Source of the DNA: a bacterium | GTDB lineage: Bacteria > SZUA-182 > DTGQ01 > JAFGSM01 | Direction: 5' to 3' | Length of the DNA: 64,000 nt | Assembly (NCBI GenBank): GCA_049472315.1 | Contig: JBLIRN010000001.1 | Location: 128,001-192,000 of the forward strand | In this document: positions 52,453 to 61,886 of the stretch, one piece after another | How the letters are laid out: each line of letters begins with the position of its first letter | Numbering within the stretch: position 1 is the first letter of the stretch | Position numbers and translations under genes: made by a program | Notes under the pieces: model-generated | Told to the model about the DNA's origin: nothing | What the model saw: the letters and a program-made list of their open reading frames with translations, nothing else | Databases searched by the model: none

Positions 52453-52475
52453 CCGTCTATGGCCGTGCGGTTCCT

Positions 52476-53381
52476 TTATTGGGCGACCTTGGCCGCTTCC
52501 ACCGTGTTTTTCAAGAGCATGGCCACGGTCACCGGTCCCACCCCTCCCGGCACAGGGGTGATATATGCGGCCTTCGGTTTAATTCCCTCGAAATCCGCAT
52601 CGCCGACCGTCTTCTTTTTGGGTTTCCCCTTGTCATTGAGTACCTGCTGCCCCTTCTCGTCGAGCACCGGGACCCTGTTGATGCCGATATCGATGAGGAT
52701 CACCCCTTCCTTCACCATATCCGCCCTGATAAGACCGGGCTTTCCCGCGGCAACGATCACCACGTCCGCCCGCTTGGTATGGAAGGCAAGGTCCCTGGTG
52801 GCAATGTGGCAGACGGTGACCGTCGGGGCCTCCCTCAGCGATTCGAGGAGCATCACCGCCGCCGGCTTCCCGACGATCTCGCTATGTCCCACCATGACGA
52901 CCTCGAGTCCCTTCAGGGGAACCCCTATGCTCTGCAGGAGGGTCACTGCAGCCTTCGCCGTGCACGGCGCCACCACCGACTGCCCGTAAAAAAGGCGCCC
53001 CAGGTTTGAGGGATGCATCCCCTCCACATCCTTTTCGGGTGCAATCTTCCATTGCACCTCCCGTGGATTGATCCCTTCGGGAAGGGGCATCTGAAGTATG
53101 ATCCCGGTCACCTGCGAGTCACGGTTCAATTTCTCGATGAAGGTGATCAATTCCTTCTGGGTGGTAGAGGCGGGCAGTTCATGGAGCGTATAATCCATCC
53201 CCAACTCCTCGCAGGTCTTTTGTTGATTCTTTATATATACGCGGGAGCTGGGATTCTCGCCCACCTGAACGGCGGCAAGAGAAACGACCTTTTTGGCATT
53301 CTTAAGGGCCTGTATCTCCTTTTCGAGTTCCTTTTGTATCGATGCTGCAACTGCCTCTCCATCAATGATTTTCCCTTCCAT
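52476..53381 (-). CDS. folD: Methylene-THF dehydrogenase/cyclohydrolase
   Basis: GIILQMPLP, EKDVEG, PCTAKA, SEIVGKP, ITPVPGGVGPVT. Confidence 0.96.
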   Translation of the reverse strand: MEGKIIDGEAVAASIQKELEKEIQALKNAKKVVSLAAVQVGENPSSRVYIKNQQKTCEELGMDYTLHELPASTTQKELITFIEKLNRDSQVTGIILQMPLPEGINPREVQWKIAPEKDVEGMHPSNLGRLFYGQSVVAPCTAKAAVTLLQSIGVPLKGLEVVMVGHSEIVGKPAAVMLLESLREAPTVTVCHIATRDLAFHTKRADVVIVAAGKPGLIRADMVKEGVILIDIGINRVPVLDEKGQQVLNDKGKPKKKTVGDADFEGIKPKAAYITPVPGGVGPVTVAMLLKNTVEAAKVAQ

Positions 53382-53433
53382 CCTGCTCTCCTCTCTCGCT
53401 GATTTTCCTTACCTCATCGGGTGCATGATATCA

Positions 53434-54066
53434 TTATGCCCCACAGGCCTTGTTTACCTTTTCCATGATCATTTCCTTCTTCTTCCTGCAGCCGGATTCA
53501 ACCGCGGCGACCCATTCACCCCTCTCCCTCACGAACGCCTCATCCTTGATGAACGCCAGGTTTATCCGAACATTCAGGCTTGCGGATTCAACGGCAGCAA
53601 GCGCAAGGAGTGCCGATACCCCCGTGTCGGTGATCAGATTCTTGTTCCCGATGTCCACCAGTTCGGTAAGCTGCGTGAACATCTCCTCCGCACAGGCCAT
53701 GACCCTGGAGGGGACCTGCAGGGCTATTTTGCAGGCCTCCTGAATTGCCAGACTCCGTGCCTTCTTATCCTCATCCGTCTCCTTAGGGAGTCCGTAGGAC
53801 TTCGATACCACTGCGTAGGCCTCCGTATCCTCCACGGCCAGGCGGAGCATCTCCTCGGTCAATCTGGTACCTTCCTTGAGTATCTTCCGTGTCCTCTCCT
53901 CGACCGCTGCATAGGCCTTCTTCCCCACGGTGAAGTTGCTTACCATGTTCATCATTGATCCTGCCAGCGCCCCTGCCATTGCTGCAATGCTTCCGCCGCC
54001 CGGCGTGGGACGGCCTGAGGATGCATCCTCGATATACGTGCGTAGCGGCTCATCGATGTATTTCAT
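53434..54066 (-). CDS. fchA: Methenyl-THF cyclohydrolase / formimino-THF cyclodeaminase family
   Basis: PTPGGGSIAA, EDTEAY, GNKNLITD, LNVRINL. Confidence 0.88.
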   Translation of the reverse strand: MKYIDEPLRTYIEDASSGRPTPGGGSIAAMAGALAGSMMNMVSNFTVGKKAYAAVEERTRKILKEGTRLTEEMLRLAVEDTEAYAVVSKSYGLPKETDEDKKARSLAIQEACKIALQVPSRVMACAEEMFTQLTELVDIGNKNLITDTGVSALLALAAVESASLNVRINLAFIKDEAFVRERGEWVAAVESGCRKKKEMIMEKVNKACGA

Positions 54067-54283
54067 CCACCTACCCCCTGTAACCATGAGGTGATATAAA
54101 ACGGTTACTATGAAAACAAATGGTTTCGAAGAATGTATACGTCACACGGGCATACATTGGGCTTTTTGAGTTGGCCATAGGGAACACAGGATTTCAATTC
54201 TTACTGTGCCCTTTGTTGTAGAAATACAAATTCGAATAGTGGCTGTTTAAAACATAAAACCGGGTTTTAAAAATACAAAAATT

Positions 54284-54312
54284 ATGGTATTACAGGATGC
54301 CGCGCGTGTCAA
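54284..54312 (-). promoter_or_regulatory. Sigma70-type promoter for fchA-folD
   Basis: TTGACA-17 bp-TACCAT. Confidence 0.5.
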
Positions 54313-54414
54313 GGATTTATGGACGGCAATTCCGATTTCGAATCATGAGCAAAGGGGCCCTGACACGTTTGGTTAAAGTCCTGGATGCCGGCCCTCTCTA
54401 TTGCAGCAAGAGTT

Positions 54415-54465
54415 ACATAGTGCTCCGCTTCGCTCCGCCTAACAAGTTTGGTTGCCCCCCTTCCC
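54415..54465 (+). repeat. Degenerate second copy of the metV/metF intergenic element
   Basis: ACATAGT-GCTCCGCT...CGCCTAAC-AAGTTTGGTTG..CCCCTTCCC compared with the reverse complement at 30565-30616, ACTTAGTAGCTCCGCTACGCCTGACGAAGTTTTGTTG..CCCCTTCCC. Confidence 0.5.
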
Positions 54466-54508
54466 TATAAATTTAAACAATTTCCATGACGGCAGGGACC
54501 CGTTTCAA

Positions 54509-55246
54509 TCACCCGAGATCTCCCCATAGAAACTGAATAACCGCGACAATCCCGATCGCCGCCGTCTCCGTCCTCAATATTCGCGGCCCCAGCCCGATGG
54601 AAACAAAGCCGGATTCCCGAGCCAGGCCCACCTCCTCGTCGGTAAGGCCTCCTTCCGGTCCCACCAGGACACTGATGCGGGAAGGCCGTTCCCCGCCCGG
54701 GCATATCCCCTTCAGCCCGATCTCGTGTTCCCCTTCCCATAAAACCAGCTTCAGGTCAAATCCCTCCGCATGTCGCAGGGCGGAAGAGAAATCGGTATAC
54801 GGTGCGATGACCGGAACCCCCGGCCTCCTGCACTGCTGCGACGCCCGCCGGGCCACACGAGGCCATCGATGAGCCTTGGGCTGACGGGCCTCCCGCTCCT
54901 CCAACCGTATGGATCGTTGAGAATAGAAGGGAACGATCCCGGTTACCCCGAGCTCGGTTGACTTTTGTATGATCCATTCCATCCGCTCCTTATCGGGGAG
55001 TGCCTGGAGGAGAAGCAGGTCAAGGGATGAATCCATGGGACGCGCGAGGCGATCAAAAAGGTGAACCTCGCACCAATGCCCGGAAATCCTCTCCACCCGT
55101 CCACGATAATGCCTTCCCCGGTCATCCCCCACCGTGATGATCTCTCCGAGCCTCGGCGGCCATGGCGCGGAGCCGAGAGAAACTACGCAACGTGACGGAA
55201 TGGTGACAGGGTCGGGGAGTGTGGTGAAAAATCCCCTCCTATTCAT
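54509..55246 (-). CDS. rsmE: 16S rRNA m3U1498 methyltransferase
   Basis: IIQKSTELGV, ASQQCRR, VGPEGGL, LGPRILRTETA. Confidence 0.93.
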   Translation of the reverse strand: MNRRGFFTTLPDPVTIPSRCVVSLGSAPWPPRLGEIITVGDDRGRHYRGRVERISGHWCEVHLFDRLARPMDSSLDLLLLQALPDKERMEWIIQKSTELGVTGIVPFYSQRSIRLEEREARQPKAHRWPRVARRASQQCRRPGVPVIAPYTDFSSALRHAEGFDLKLVLWEGEHEIGLKGICPGGERPSRISVLVGPEGGLTDEEVGLARESGFVSIGLGPRILRTETAAIGIVAVIQFLWGDLG

Positions 55247-55991
55247 GTATCTCGTCCGTGCGGGCGGTGCCGTCCAGGTGCCGTTCAGTGAGGCTCAAGA
55301 TACCCCTCATCATGGCCACCTCCCTCTGAGTAAGATCCAGCATGGAGATGACATCTATGAGGGTGATCAGTATGTGACGCTCACCCGTCTGCATAAATCC
55401 AATGCGCCGCAGTACCCTCTCCATATGTTCAACAAGCCCCTGACGCTCACCTGCGGTGGCACGATCCGCTTCCCTGCCCGGAGACATCTCCCTTCTCCTC
55501 CCACGGGAGGCAATCTGCCATTCATAGGCCATTATCATAACGGCCTGTGCAAGGTTTATGGAGGGAAGATCCCTTGAGGTGGGTATGACCACGACCTTCT
55601 GACATAGCGAGAGTTCGTGGTTCGACAGGCCGTTTCGTTCCGATCCGAAGACAATGGCCACCCGGTGACCCGGGGGCAATGCCATGATATGGTCCATGAT
55701 CTGTCGTGGTTCAAATGTGGCGAGGCGGTGTCGTCGCATCCTGCTGGTTGTTCCCACCACATAGTGCATGTCTGAAACCGCGCGATCAAGGGTTGTATAG
55801 AGCGGCGCATGTTCGAGCACATCCTCGGCTCCGGGCGCCATCTTAATCCCCTCCAGCCATCGCTCGCGATTGGGGCTCACGAGGATGAGCCCGTCACACC
55901 CCATGTTCTTGACGGCCCTCGCCGCAGCACCCATATTCCCTGCATTCTTGCATCCGCATAGGACAAAAAACAGGGAAGGTATCACCTTCAT
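55239..55991 (-). CDS. trmJ: SPOUT tRNA methyltransferase, TrmJ/LasT family
   Basis: NMGAAARAVKNMG, FGSERNGLSN, SINLAQAV. Confidence 0.9.
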   Translation of the reverse strand: MKVIPSLFFVLCGCKNAGNMGAAARAVKNMGCDGLILVSPNRERWLEGIKMAPGAEDVLEHAPLYTTLDRAVSDMHYVVGTTSRMRRHRLATFEPRQIMDHIMALPPGHRVAIVFGSERNGLSNHELSLCQKVVVIPTSRDLPSINLAQAVMIMAYEWQIASRGRRREMSPGREADRATAGERQGLVEHMERVLRRIGFMQTGERHILITLIDVISMLDLTQREVAMMRGILSLTERHLDGTARTDEIHE

Positions 55992-56121
55992 GGCATTCCC
56001 TCCACATGCATCATGTGCCCTATTATACCATGTTCATAACTGTGCACTGTATTGAGCACGTATCCCTGTTCACTGATGGAAGGAAGACCGTACCGGCGGC
56101 GGCAACGTCAATCAAATTCCC

Positions 56122-57165
56122 TCACTCCCCGGGCATCTCCCTGCACTGGGCACCCAGTTGCCCGCAGGCAGCCAGGATATCCGCCCCCCTGCTCTTCCTG
56201 ATGAATGCCATCATGCCCTTTTCTTCAAGGTATGCCTGAAGATATTCCACGCACTCCCTTTCAGGGGCCTGAAACGGGAGAAAGGGATTCGCATTATAGG
56301 GGATGAGGTTCACCGCTATTCGATCCCGCATTGCACGAAGAAGGGAGGTGAGGTCAACGGCGCACGTATGGCTGTCGTTTATGCCGCGGATCACACAGTA
56401 CTCAATGGTGATCCTCTGCCTGGGAGGGACCGGGTAGCGTCGAAGACATGCCCTAAGTGGGCCCAGAGGGTATGTCCGGTTGATCGGCATGAGGGCATCC
56501 CTGATCCGATCGGTCGGTGCATTGAGGGAAACGGCCAGTCTGATACCGAGATTCTCCGTGGCAAGCCGGTCGATGCCCGGTATGATGCCAACGGTGGAGA
56601 GGGTGATACGGCGCGGATGGAACCCGAAGCGATCCGGATCGATGAGGCTTTTCACTGCATGAATGGTCTGATCGTAATTGTCGAGGGGCTCGCCCATGCC
56701 CATAAGCACGATATTGGTCACCCTTTCCTGTTTCACGGACCTCATCACCTCCAGCACCTGATCGCTGATTTCATGGTGCTGAAGGGAACGCTGAAATCCG
56801 AGCGTCCCGGTCACGCAGAATTTACAGCCCTGCCTGCAGCCCGACTGGGTTGATAGACAAAGGGTGAGTCGATCCCCCTCCCTGATGGCGACGGTCTCAA
56901 TCAGTGCCTCGTCGTGGAGGGAAAAGAGAAATTTCCGGGTCCCGTCCCGTGACTGTCGGATCTCCCGGCAATGCAATGAGGAGAGGGTACAATGCCCCTT
57001 CAGCCTGTCGCGCAGGTCAATGGGGAGTGTGTGCATTTCATCAAAGGAACAAACCCCCTGCCGGTATAAACAGTGGTGCACCTGACGTGTCCGGAACGGC
57101 GGATGGCCCCATGATGCAAACAATGTGGTAAGCTCGCCTGTGGTTAATGCGGTGATACATCTCAT
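56122..57165 (-). CDS. rlmN: Radical SAM rRNA/tRNA methyltransferase RlmN
   Basis: CRQGCKFC, MGMGEPL, SLNAP, AACGQL; start moved to ATG 57165 because the track start lies inside the upstream terminator. Confidence 0.93.
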   Translation of the reverse strand: MRCITALTTGELTTLFASWGHPPFRTRQVHHCLYRQGVCSFDEMHTLPIDLRDRLKGHCTLSSLHCREIRQSRDGTRKFLFSLHDEALIETVAIREGDRLTLCLSTQSGCRQGCKFCVTGTLGFQRSLQHHEISDQVLEVMRSVKQERVTNIVLMGMGEPLDNYDQTIHAVKSLIDPDRFGFHPRRITLSTVGIIPGIDRLATENLGIRLAVSLNAPTDRIRDALMPINRTYPLGPLRACLRRYPVPPRQRITIEYCVIRGINDSHTCAVDLTSLLRAMRDRIAVNLIPYNANPFLPFQAPERECVEYLQAYLEEKGMMAFIRKSRGADILAACGQLGAQCREMPGE

Positions 57166-57196
57166 GTAATCATTACTATAGCATCGCATGAGAGGA

Positions 57197-57233
57197 AAGG
57201 TCAAAGGGCCTGCCGGCACAGCCGGCAGGCCCT
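57197..57233 (-). terminator. Terminator after GGLYG protein B
   Basis: AGGGCCTGCCGGC-ACA-GCCGGCAGGCCCT perfect 13-bp stem followed by TTGACCTTT on the minus strand. Confidence 0.8.
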
Positions 57234-57258
57234 CAAATATGCCTATAGGAAAAGAGAA

Positions 57259-58176
57259 TCAGATAACCGCCGCAGCCAGCAGTTCGAGGGAGAACGTACC
57301 TGACTCTTGCGGCGTGGTATTGGGGAGCTTGTAGATATCGTAATACCCCTGCATGGTGGTCGGAGTGGGGAGCGGCGCCGTTATGGTAATCGCATAGCTC
57401 ACGGTCGGATCCTGGCCGGTGAGCTGTACAAAGGTGGCGGTTCCTGACCCAAATACATTAAAAATGCCGGCGAAGGTATTATTCCCGATCAATTGCGCCG
57501 TACCGCTAAGGCTGCCGGTCAATGGGTCCTCCTTGAGGTTCATCACCATGGTGCCGAAAAGGAAGCCAAGGTTCCACTGGCCTATCCACGTGCCTGCCTG
57601 CTCCGCAACGAACGGATTATTCAGGGTGGCAGTGCTTAGGGGATTGGAGCCGAGCCCGGTCAGAAGCGAGCCGAGCCCGGTCAGGGAATTGAGCCCATAC
57701 AGGCCGCCCTGGCCGAGAAGGCCGAGCATTCCGCCAAGACCGTAAAGGTTGCCCGTGCCATAGAGCCCGTAGAGCCCGCCCATGCCGTAAAGCCCACCGC
57801 AGTAGCCGCCGTAGAGCCCGCCATACATGCCATAGAGGCCACCATACAGCCCGCCCATGCCGTAGAGCCCGCCCATACCATAAAGCCCATACAACCCGCC
57901 CATGCCGTAGAGCCCGGAGAGGCCCCCAAGCCCGGAGAGCCCCAAACCGCCAAGGCTTGTGGTCAGATTGTAGATGCCACCAAATCCATATGGATTCAAA
58001 AGGTTTTTCATCAATCCCGAACTGTAAAGGGGATTCGATACGCTCGACAGGGCATAGATGGAGGACATGCCGTAATATGCGCGCCCAACGCCGGGGCTCC
58101 ACAATCCAATCATCCCGGATCCAATGACCGTGGCAACGATCAGCAGGATAATCCTTACATAACAATGCCGTTTCAT
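57259..58176 (-). CDS. Secreted Gly/Leu/Tyr/Met-rich GGLYG-repeat protein B with a C-terminal beta-rich domain
   Basis: Signal peptide ...GRA|YYGM; many GGLYG(M/L) units; C-terminal domain starts FVAEQAGTWIGQW; AGGAGG upstream. Confidence 0.8.
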   Translation of the reverse strand: MKRHCYVRIILLIVATVIGSGMIGLWSPGVGRAYYGMSSIYALSSVSNPLYSSGLMKNLLNPYGFGGIYNLTTSLGGLGLSGLGGLSGLYGMGGLYGLYGMGGLYGMGGLYGGLYGMYGGLYGGYCGGLYGMGGLYGLYGTGNLYGLGGMLGLLGQGGLYGLNSLTGLGSLLTGLGSNPLSTATLNNPFVAEQAGTWIGQWNLGFLFGTMVMNLKEDPLTGSLSGTAQLIGNNTFAGIFNVFGSGTATFVQLTGQDPTVSYAITITAPLPTPTTMQGYYDIYKLPNTTPQESGTFSLELLAAAVI

Positions 58177-58295
58177 CCCTAACCCTCCTTCATCTCCTAA
58201 CCATAGATTTTATGAAAATAACCATTCAGGATATCCGGATTGTATTGTATTTTTTATATCCCAGCGGTGTATTTTCGATATTTTAAATACTATAA

Positions 58296-58311
58296 AGCAA
58301 GAATGGTGCCG
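58296..58311 (-). promoter_or_regulatory. Sigma54 (-24/-12) promoter for GGLYG protein B
   Basis: CGGCAC-CATTC-TTGCT. Confidence 0.75.
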
Positions 58312-58315
58312 CATT

Positions 58316-58368
58316 AAAAAAGGGGTTGGTCCCCCCCGTTCGATACCTCTCGAGGAAGGCCAACCCCT
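58316..58368 (-). terminator. Terminator after GGLYG protein A
   Basis: AGGGGTTGG...CCAACCCCT followed by a T run on the minus strand. Confidence 0.7.
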
Positions 58369-58406
58369 CATATGAACCATAGTCTGAGGGTATGTGTCCC
58401 TGTTGA

Positions 58407-59321
58407 TTAAATGATCGGGGCGATCAGCCCAAGGTCGATCGTCCCGGATTCCGTCACCGTGCCGCCACTGCTCAGGTTGATCAGATTATAGGTACCGGTC
58501 ATATGATCAGGGGCGATCAGGATACCAATGATCTGAAGTTCAAAGGTCATTCCGCCGAGCCCGGTTGCTGTGCCGCTCACAATGACCTGGGAATTGAGCA
58601 CCTGCCCGGTTACATCAACAAGGGCGCTCAATGTGGGATTGCCTAGCAACTGTGCGGTCCCGAGAACACCCCCGAGGAGATCCTCAATCAGATTCATGCT
58701 CATCTGGCCTCCCAGAAGGCCGTTCGACCATGTTCCCAGCCAGGTCCCCGCCTGCTCTGCAATGAACAGGGGAATCAGCGGGAGGATCGCGGATGCGGTT
58801 GCCGTCGGCGCCGGGGTGGCGGTTGCGGTTGATGGGGATGTCATGAGGCTGGATAGCAGGCCTCCCATGCCCCCCATACCATAGAGACCGCCGAGCATCC
58901 CGAGTCCGCCGAGACCGCCGAGGACTCCCAGTCCGCTGAGGCCGGTGAGTGCACCAAGCCCGCTAAGGCCACCAAGACCGTACAAACCGCCCATCATGCC
59001 GTACAGCCCGCCGTACATTCCAAGGCCGTAAAGGCCACCAAGACCGTACAAACCGCCCATCATGCCGTACAGCCCGCCGTACATTCCAAGGCCATAAAGG
59101 CCCCCAAGGCCGTAAATGCCGCTCAGACCATAGAGCCCGCTCAGACCTGAAAGCCCGCCAAGGCCATAGATGCCGCCGAGGCCATACATACCGCCAAGGC
59201 CATACATACCGCCAAGGCCAAACATGCCGTAATAGGCATGGGAAAGTGATTCCAAGAAAAGAATCAGCAAGGCAATAAATAACACCATTACCAAGAGCCT
59301 ACCTAACCACGAAGAATTCAT
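58407..59321 (-). CDS. Secreted GGLYG-repeat protein A, paralog of B
   Basis: Signal peptide ...SHA|YYGM; GG(L/M)YGL repeats; Thr/Ala/Pro linker; C-terminal domain starts FIAEQAGTWLGTW. Confidence 0.8.
   Translation of the reverse strand: MNSSWLGRLLVMVLFIALLILFLESLSHAYYGMFGLGGMYGLGGMYGLGGIYGLGGLSGLSGLYGLSGIYGLGGLYGLGMYGGLYGMMGGLYGLGGLYGLGMYGGLYGMMGGLYGLGGLSGLGALTGLSGLGVLGGLGGLGMLGGLYGMGGMGGLLSSLMTSPSTATATPAPTATASAILPLIPLFIAEQAGTWLGTWSNGLLGGQMSMNLIEDLLGGVLGTAQLLGNPTLSALVDVTGQVLNSQVIVSGTATGLGGMTFELQIIGILIAPDHMTGTYNLINLSSGGTVTESGTIDLGLIAPII
58965..59102. repeat. 66-bp in-frame tandem duplication (22 aa) inside GGLYG protein A
   Basis: 58965-59030 and 59031-59096 are identical except for one base. 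Confidence 0.9.
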
Positions 59322-59566
59322 CGTACTACTCCTTGTTTCGATCCTGAATAATCAACCCTCTTTCTAAATTGGATCTTTCTTGTTCGGGAACAGGCACCAC
59401 GTCAGGTTCCTAATCAATGGATCTTCATCATGGAAAAATCCGTGGCAACAGCCGTCGTATCACCTCCTTACACATTCAAGGACTTCCAAAAAATACTGCC
59501 CATCGAATAACGAGTGAAATTGTATTGTTCGGGATGGAAAAAATATGTATTGTCTACCATTAATTT

Positions 59567-59582
59567 TGCAATCGTTATGCCA
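59567..59582 (-). promoter_or_regulatory. Sigma54 promoter for GGLYG protein A
   Basis: TGGCAT-AACGA-TTGCA, with a very AT-rich tract upstream (about 59645-59790). Confidence 0.8.
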
Positions 59583-59839
59583 TCAGGTCGGTGGATGATC
59601 GGGTGTTTGCGCATCCATGCATCGCATGAGTCCGTACATGGTAACTGATTAGAAATAAATAAAAAATAACTAACGCTTTTATATTATTTCTAATAAAGTC
59701 ATTGTTTTGTAATTAATAATAACCGTATTGTGTTATGATGCAGACATAGGATTTATGAAAATATAAAAATTTTTTATGATTGGACTTATTCCCGCAGTAA
59801 CAGGTTAAAAAGATGGGCACAAATGATCCTCTACGCCAT

Positions 59840-61546
59840 TCAAAACAATCTCCATCCTGAATTATTTGAAGACCATGGATATCTTTGGGCGGAGAGGGTC
59901 GATGGAAATGGAGACATGGAGGGTATCCCCCGAACAAAGACACCGCTGAATGGCATATATCCGGGCATTGTCCAAGGTCCCTGTTGAAGGCCTTGTAAAC
60001 GAAAGGGGTAGTCTCCCATGGCCCCAAAGGGGGATGCACGGTATGAGGTAGAATTGAATGGAATAGACTGGATTACCGGCTGTTTCATCCAGGGTAATCC
60101 CTGATACATGCCCACACCTCCTTGCCATGAAGGGGAATACGAGAGGGGAGTACTCCCTGCGCTCACATACGCCCCATATGGAGCCGAAAATGAAGGGAGA
60201 AGAGGCTGGAAAGGGGATGCCGATGCCGCAGTGGCAATCACTGGTAATGACGCAAGTGCAGCGGCAGCATCAACAAGACCCGCCCCGAAGTATTGATCCC
60301 ACCCGACTGCACCGATGTCTCGCGCAGTGCTTACCAATGTGGATTGTATCAAATCGGGACCCAGCGCACCCCCTGTTGCTGCGACGATCAAGGCGGCCAC
60401 CCCTGTTACATGGGCCGCTGCGCAGGATGTCCCCTGAAAGATATAGTAATCGAATGTCTGAAGGTCAATACCATTATGGGTCTGCTGGACAATCCCGTCG
60501 GGCTTGCCGTCCAGATTTTGATCATAGGCCAGGCTCCCTCCCGGTGCACAGATATCGATGTCCGATCCGTAATTTGAATAGAAGGCCAATGTCTGGTCAT
60601 ATTTGATGGCGCTGACACTGATGCACTCGGGATAGGAAGAGGGGTAATGGGGCGCTGAGGAGGCGCCGTTCCCTGCTGAGCACACCATGGTCACCTTGTT
60701 GAGATTGGCATAGGTTACCGCCTCTTCAAGGGTAAGGGAGGGGGTAACGGTCCCGAAACTCGTATTTATGATCTGTGCGCCGTTATCCACGGCAAAGTAG
60801 ATCCCCGCGACCACATCATCGAGGAGTCCGTTGCTGTTTTCATCCAGGACCTTTATCGGCATAACGCTGCACCCGAAGGCCACCCCGGCGCATCCGAGGA
60901 GATTGTTGGTCGTCTGGGCGATAGTGCCGGTAATATGCGTACCGTGCCCATGATCGTCATCAGGGTAAGGATCATCATTGACAAAGTCCCATCCCGGCAG
61001 GATGGCGGTCCCTGCAAGGTCCGGTGCCTGGGCATAGGGGAGGACGTTCCGATAGGCAGCGCCGGTATCAAGAACCGCCACCACAGCGCCGCTCCCGTTC
61101 TGAACGTCCCAGGCCACCTCCATATTGATCATCCCCAGATGCCATTGATAGATGTAAATGGGATCATTGGGCACAAATTCCGCCTCCACATAATAATTTG
61201 GCTCCGCGTACCGGACAAAGGGAAGAAGCTCCAGAAATGATGCAATCTGCTCGACCTGAACAGGCAATGCCAGGCTCACGGAATAGAGCGGTATGGTATG
61301 GTGAAGGCGATGCCGCTCATGGGGACCGCATGAATCGAGTATACCCTGGATATCTGAATTGCTTGCCCAGTCGACGAACCTGACAAGGACCTCCTGAGGG
61401 GCATACAGGGGATGCGGCGCACATCTCATCGGAAAGGGGAGAAAGGCGAAGGACTCGACGCGAAAAAACAGGCAGAAGAGGACACCAAGGACGCACCCCG
61501 GCCCCAGAATGACAGGCCATTTTCCTTTTCTCACTCTATCACCCAT
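59840..61546 (-). CDS. Secreted S8 subtilase with propeptide and a C-terminal Pro/Gly/aromatic low-complexity tail
   Basis: Triad VAVLDTG, HGTHITG, GTSCAAAHV; oxyanion motif SAGNG; signal peptide ...SFA|. Confidence 0.9.
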   Translation of the reverse strand: MGDRVRKGKWPVILGPGCVLGVLFCLFFRVESFAFLPFPMRCAPHPLYAPQEVLVRFVDWASNSDIQGILDSCGPHERHRLHHTIPLYSVSLALPVQVEQIASFLELLPFVRYAEPNYYVEAEFVPNDPIYIYQWHLGMINMEVAWDVQNGSGAVVAVLDTGAAYRNVLPYAQAPDLAGTAILPGWDFVNDDPYPDDDHGHGTHITGTIAQTTNNLLGCAGVAFGCSVMPIKVLDENSNGLLDDVVAGIYFAVDNGAQIINTSFGTVTPSLTLEEAVTYANLNKVTMVCSAGNGASSAPHYPSSYPECISVSAIKYDQTLAFYSNYGSDIDICAPGGSLAYDQNLDGKPDGIVQQTHNGIDLQTFDYYIFQGTSCAAAHVTGVAALIVAATGGALGPDLIQSTLVSTARDIGAVGWDQYFGAGLVDAAAALASLPVIATAASASPFQPLLPSFSAPYGAYVSAGSTPLSYSPSWQGGVGMYQGLPWMKQPVIQSIPFNSTSYRASPFGAMGDYPFRLQGLQQGPWTMPGYMPFSGVFVRGIPSMSPFPSTLSAQRYPWSSNNSGWRLF

Positions 61547-61625
61547 GAACCAACTCTTCTCATCGTGTTATCGTGTGATCGTCCTGATTAATCCTCCCGG
61601 CCTCAGGGGACTGCATCAAAATACA

Positions 61626-61886
61626 TCAAAATCCCCACCAATATGGCCAAACAAAAGGTGCACCAAAAGGGCTGTAAGGCCATCCTCCGAACCCGAAGGG
61701 TGTCACCCAGGACAAACCATACAGGGTACCATAGCGAAGGGTGCCATAATTATAAAAATCGCCGAGTCCCGAGGTGACCGGAAAATACCATTGTGCAACT
61801 GCGGAATGAACGGAAACGACAAGAATATGAAGACATATCAGCGCACACACAATGCACCATACGATATGAACCCTCTTTACATCCAT
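61626..61886 (-). CDS. Small secreted Gly/Tyr/Trp/Phe/Pro-rich peptide (86 aa)
   Basis: ATG 61886 after GGAG; signal peptide ...SAVA|QWYFP...PFVWPYWWGF; the longer track start at 62069 lies upstream of the sigma54 promoter. Confidence 0.7.
   Translation of the reverse strand: MDVKRVHIVWCIVCALICLHILVVSVHSAVAQWYFPVTSGLGDFYNYGTLRYGTLYGLSWVTPFGFGGWPYSPFGAPFVWPYWWGF

Noticed and set aside
57700..59230. CRISPR array or non-coding repeat
   Set aside because: The repeats are in-frame coding units with no unique spacers, and no cas genes are present
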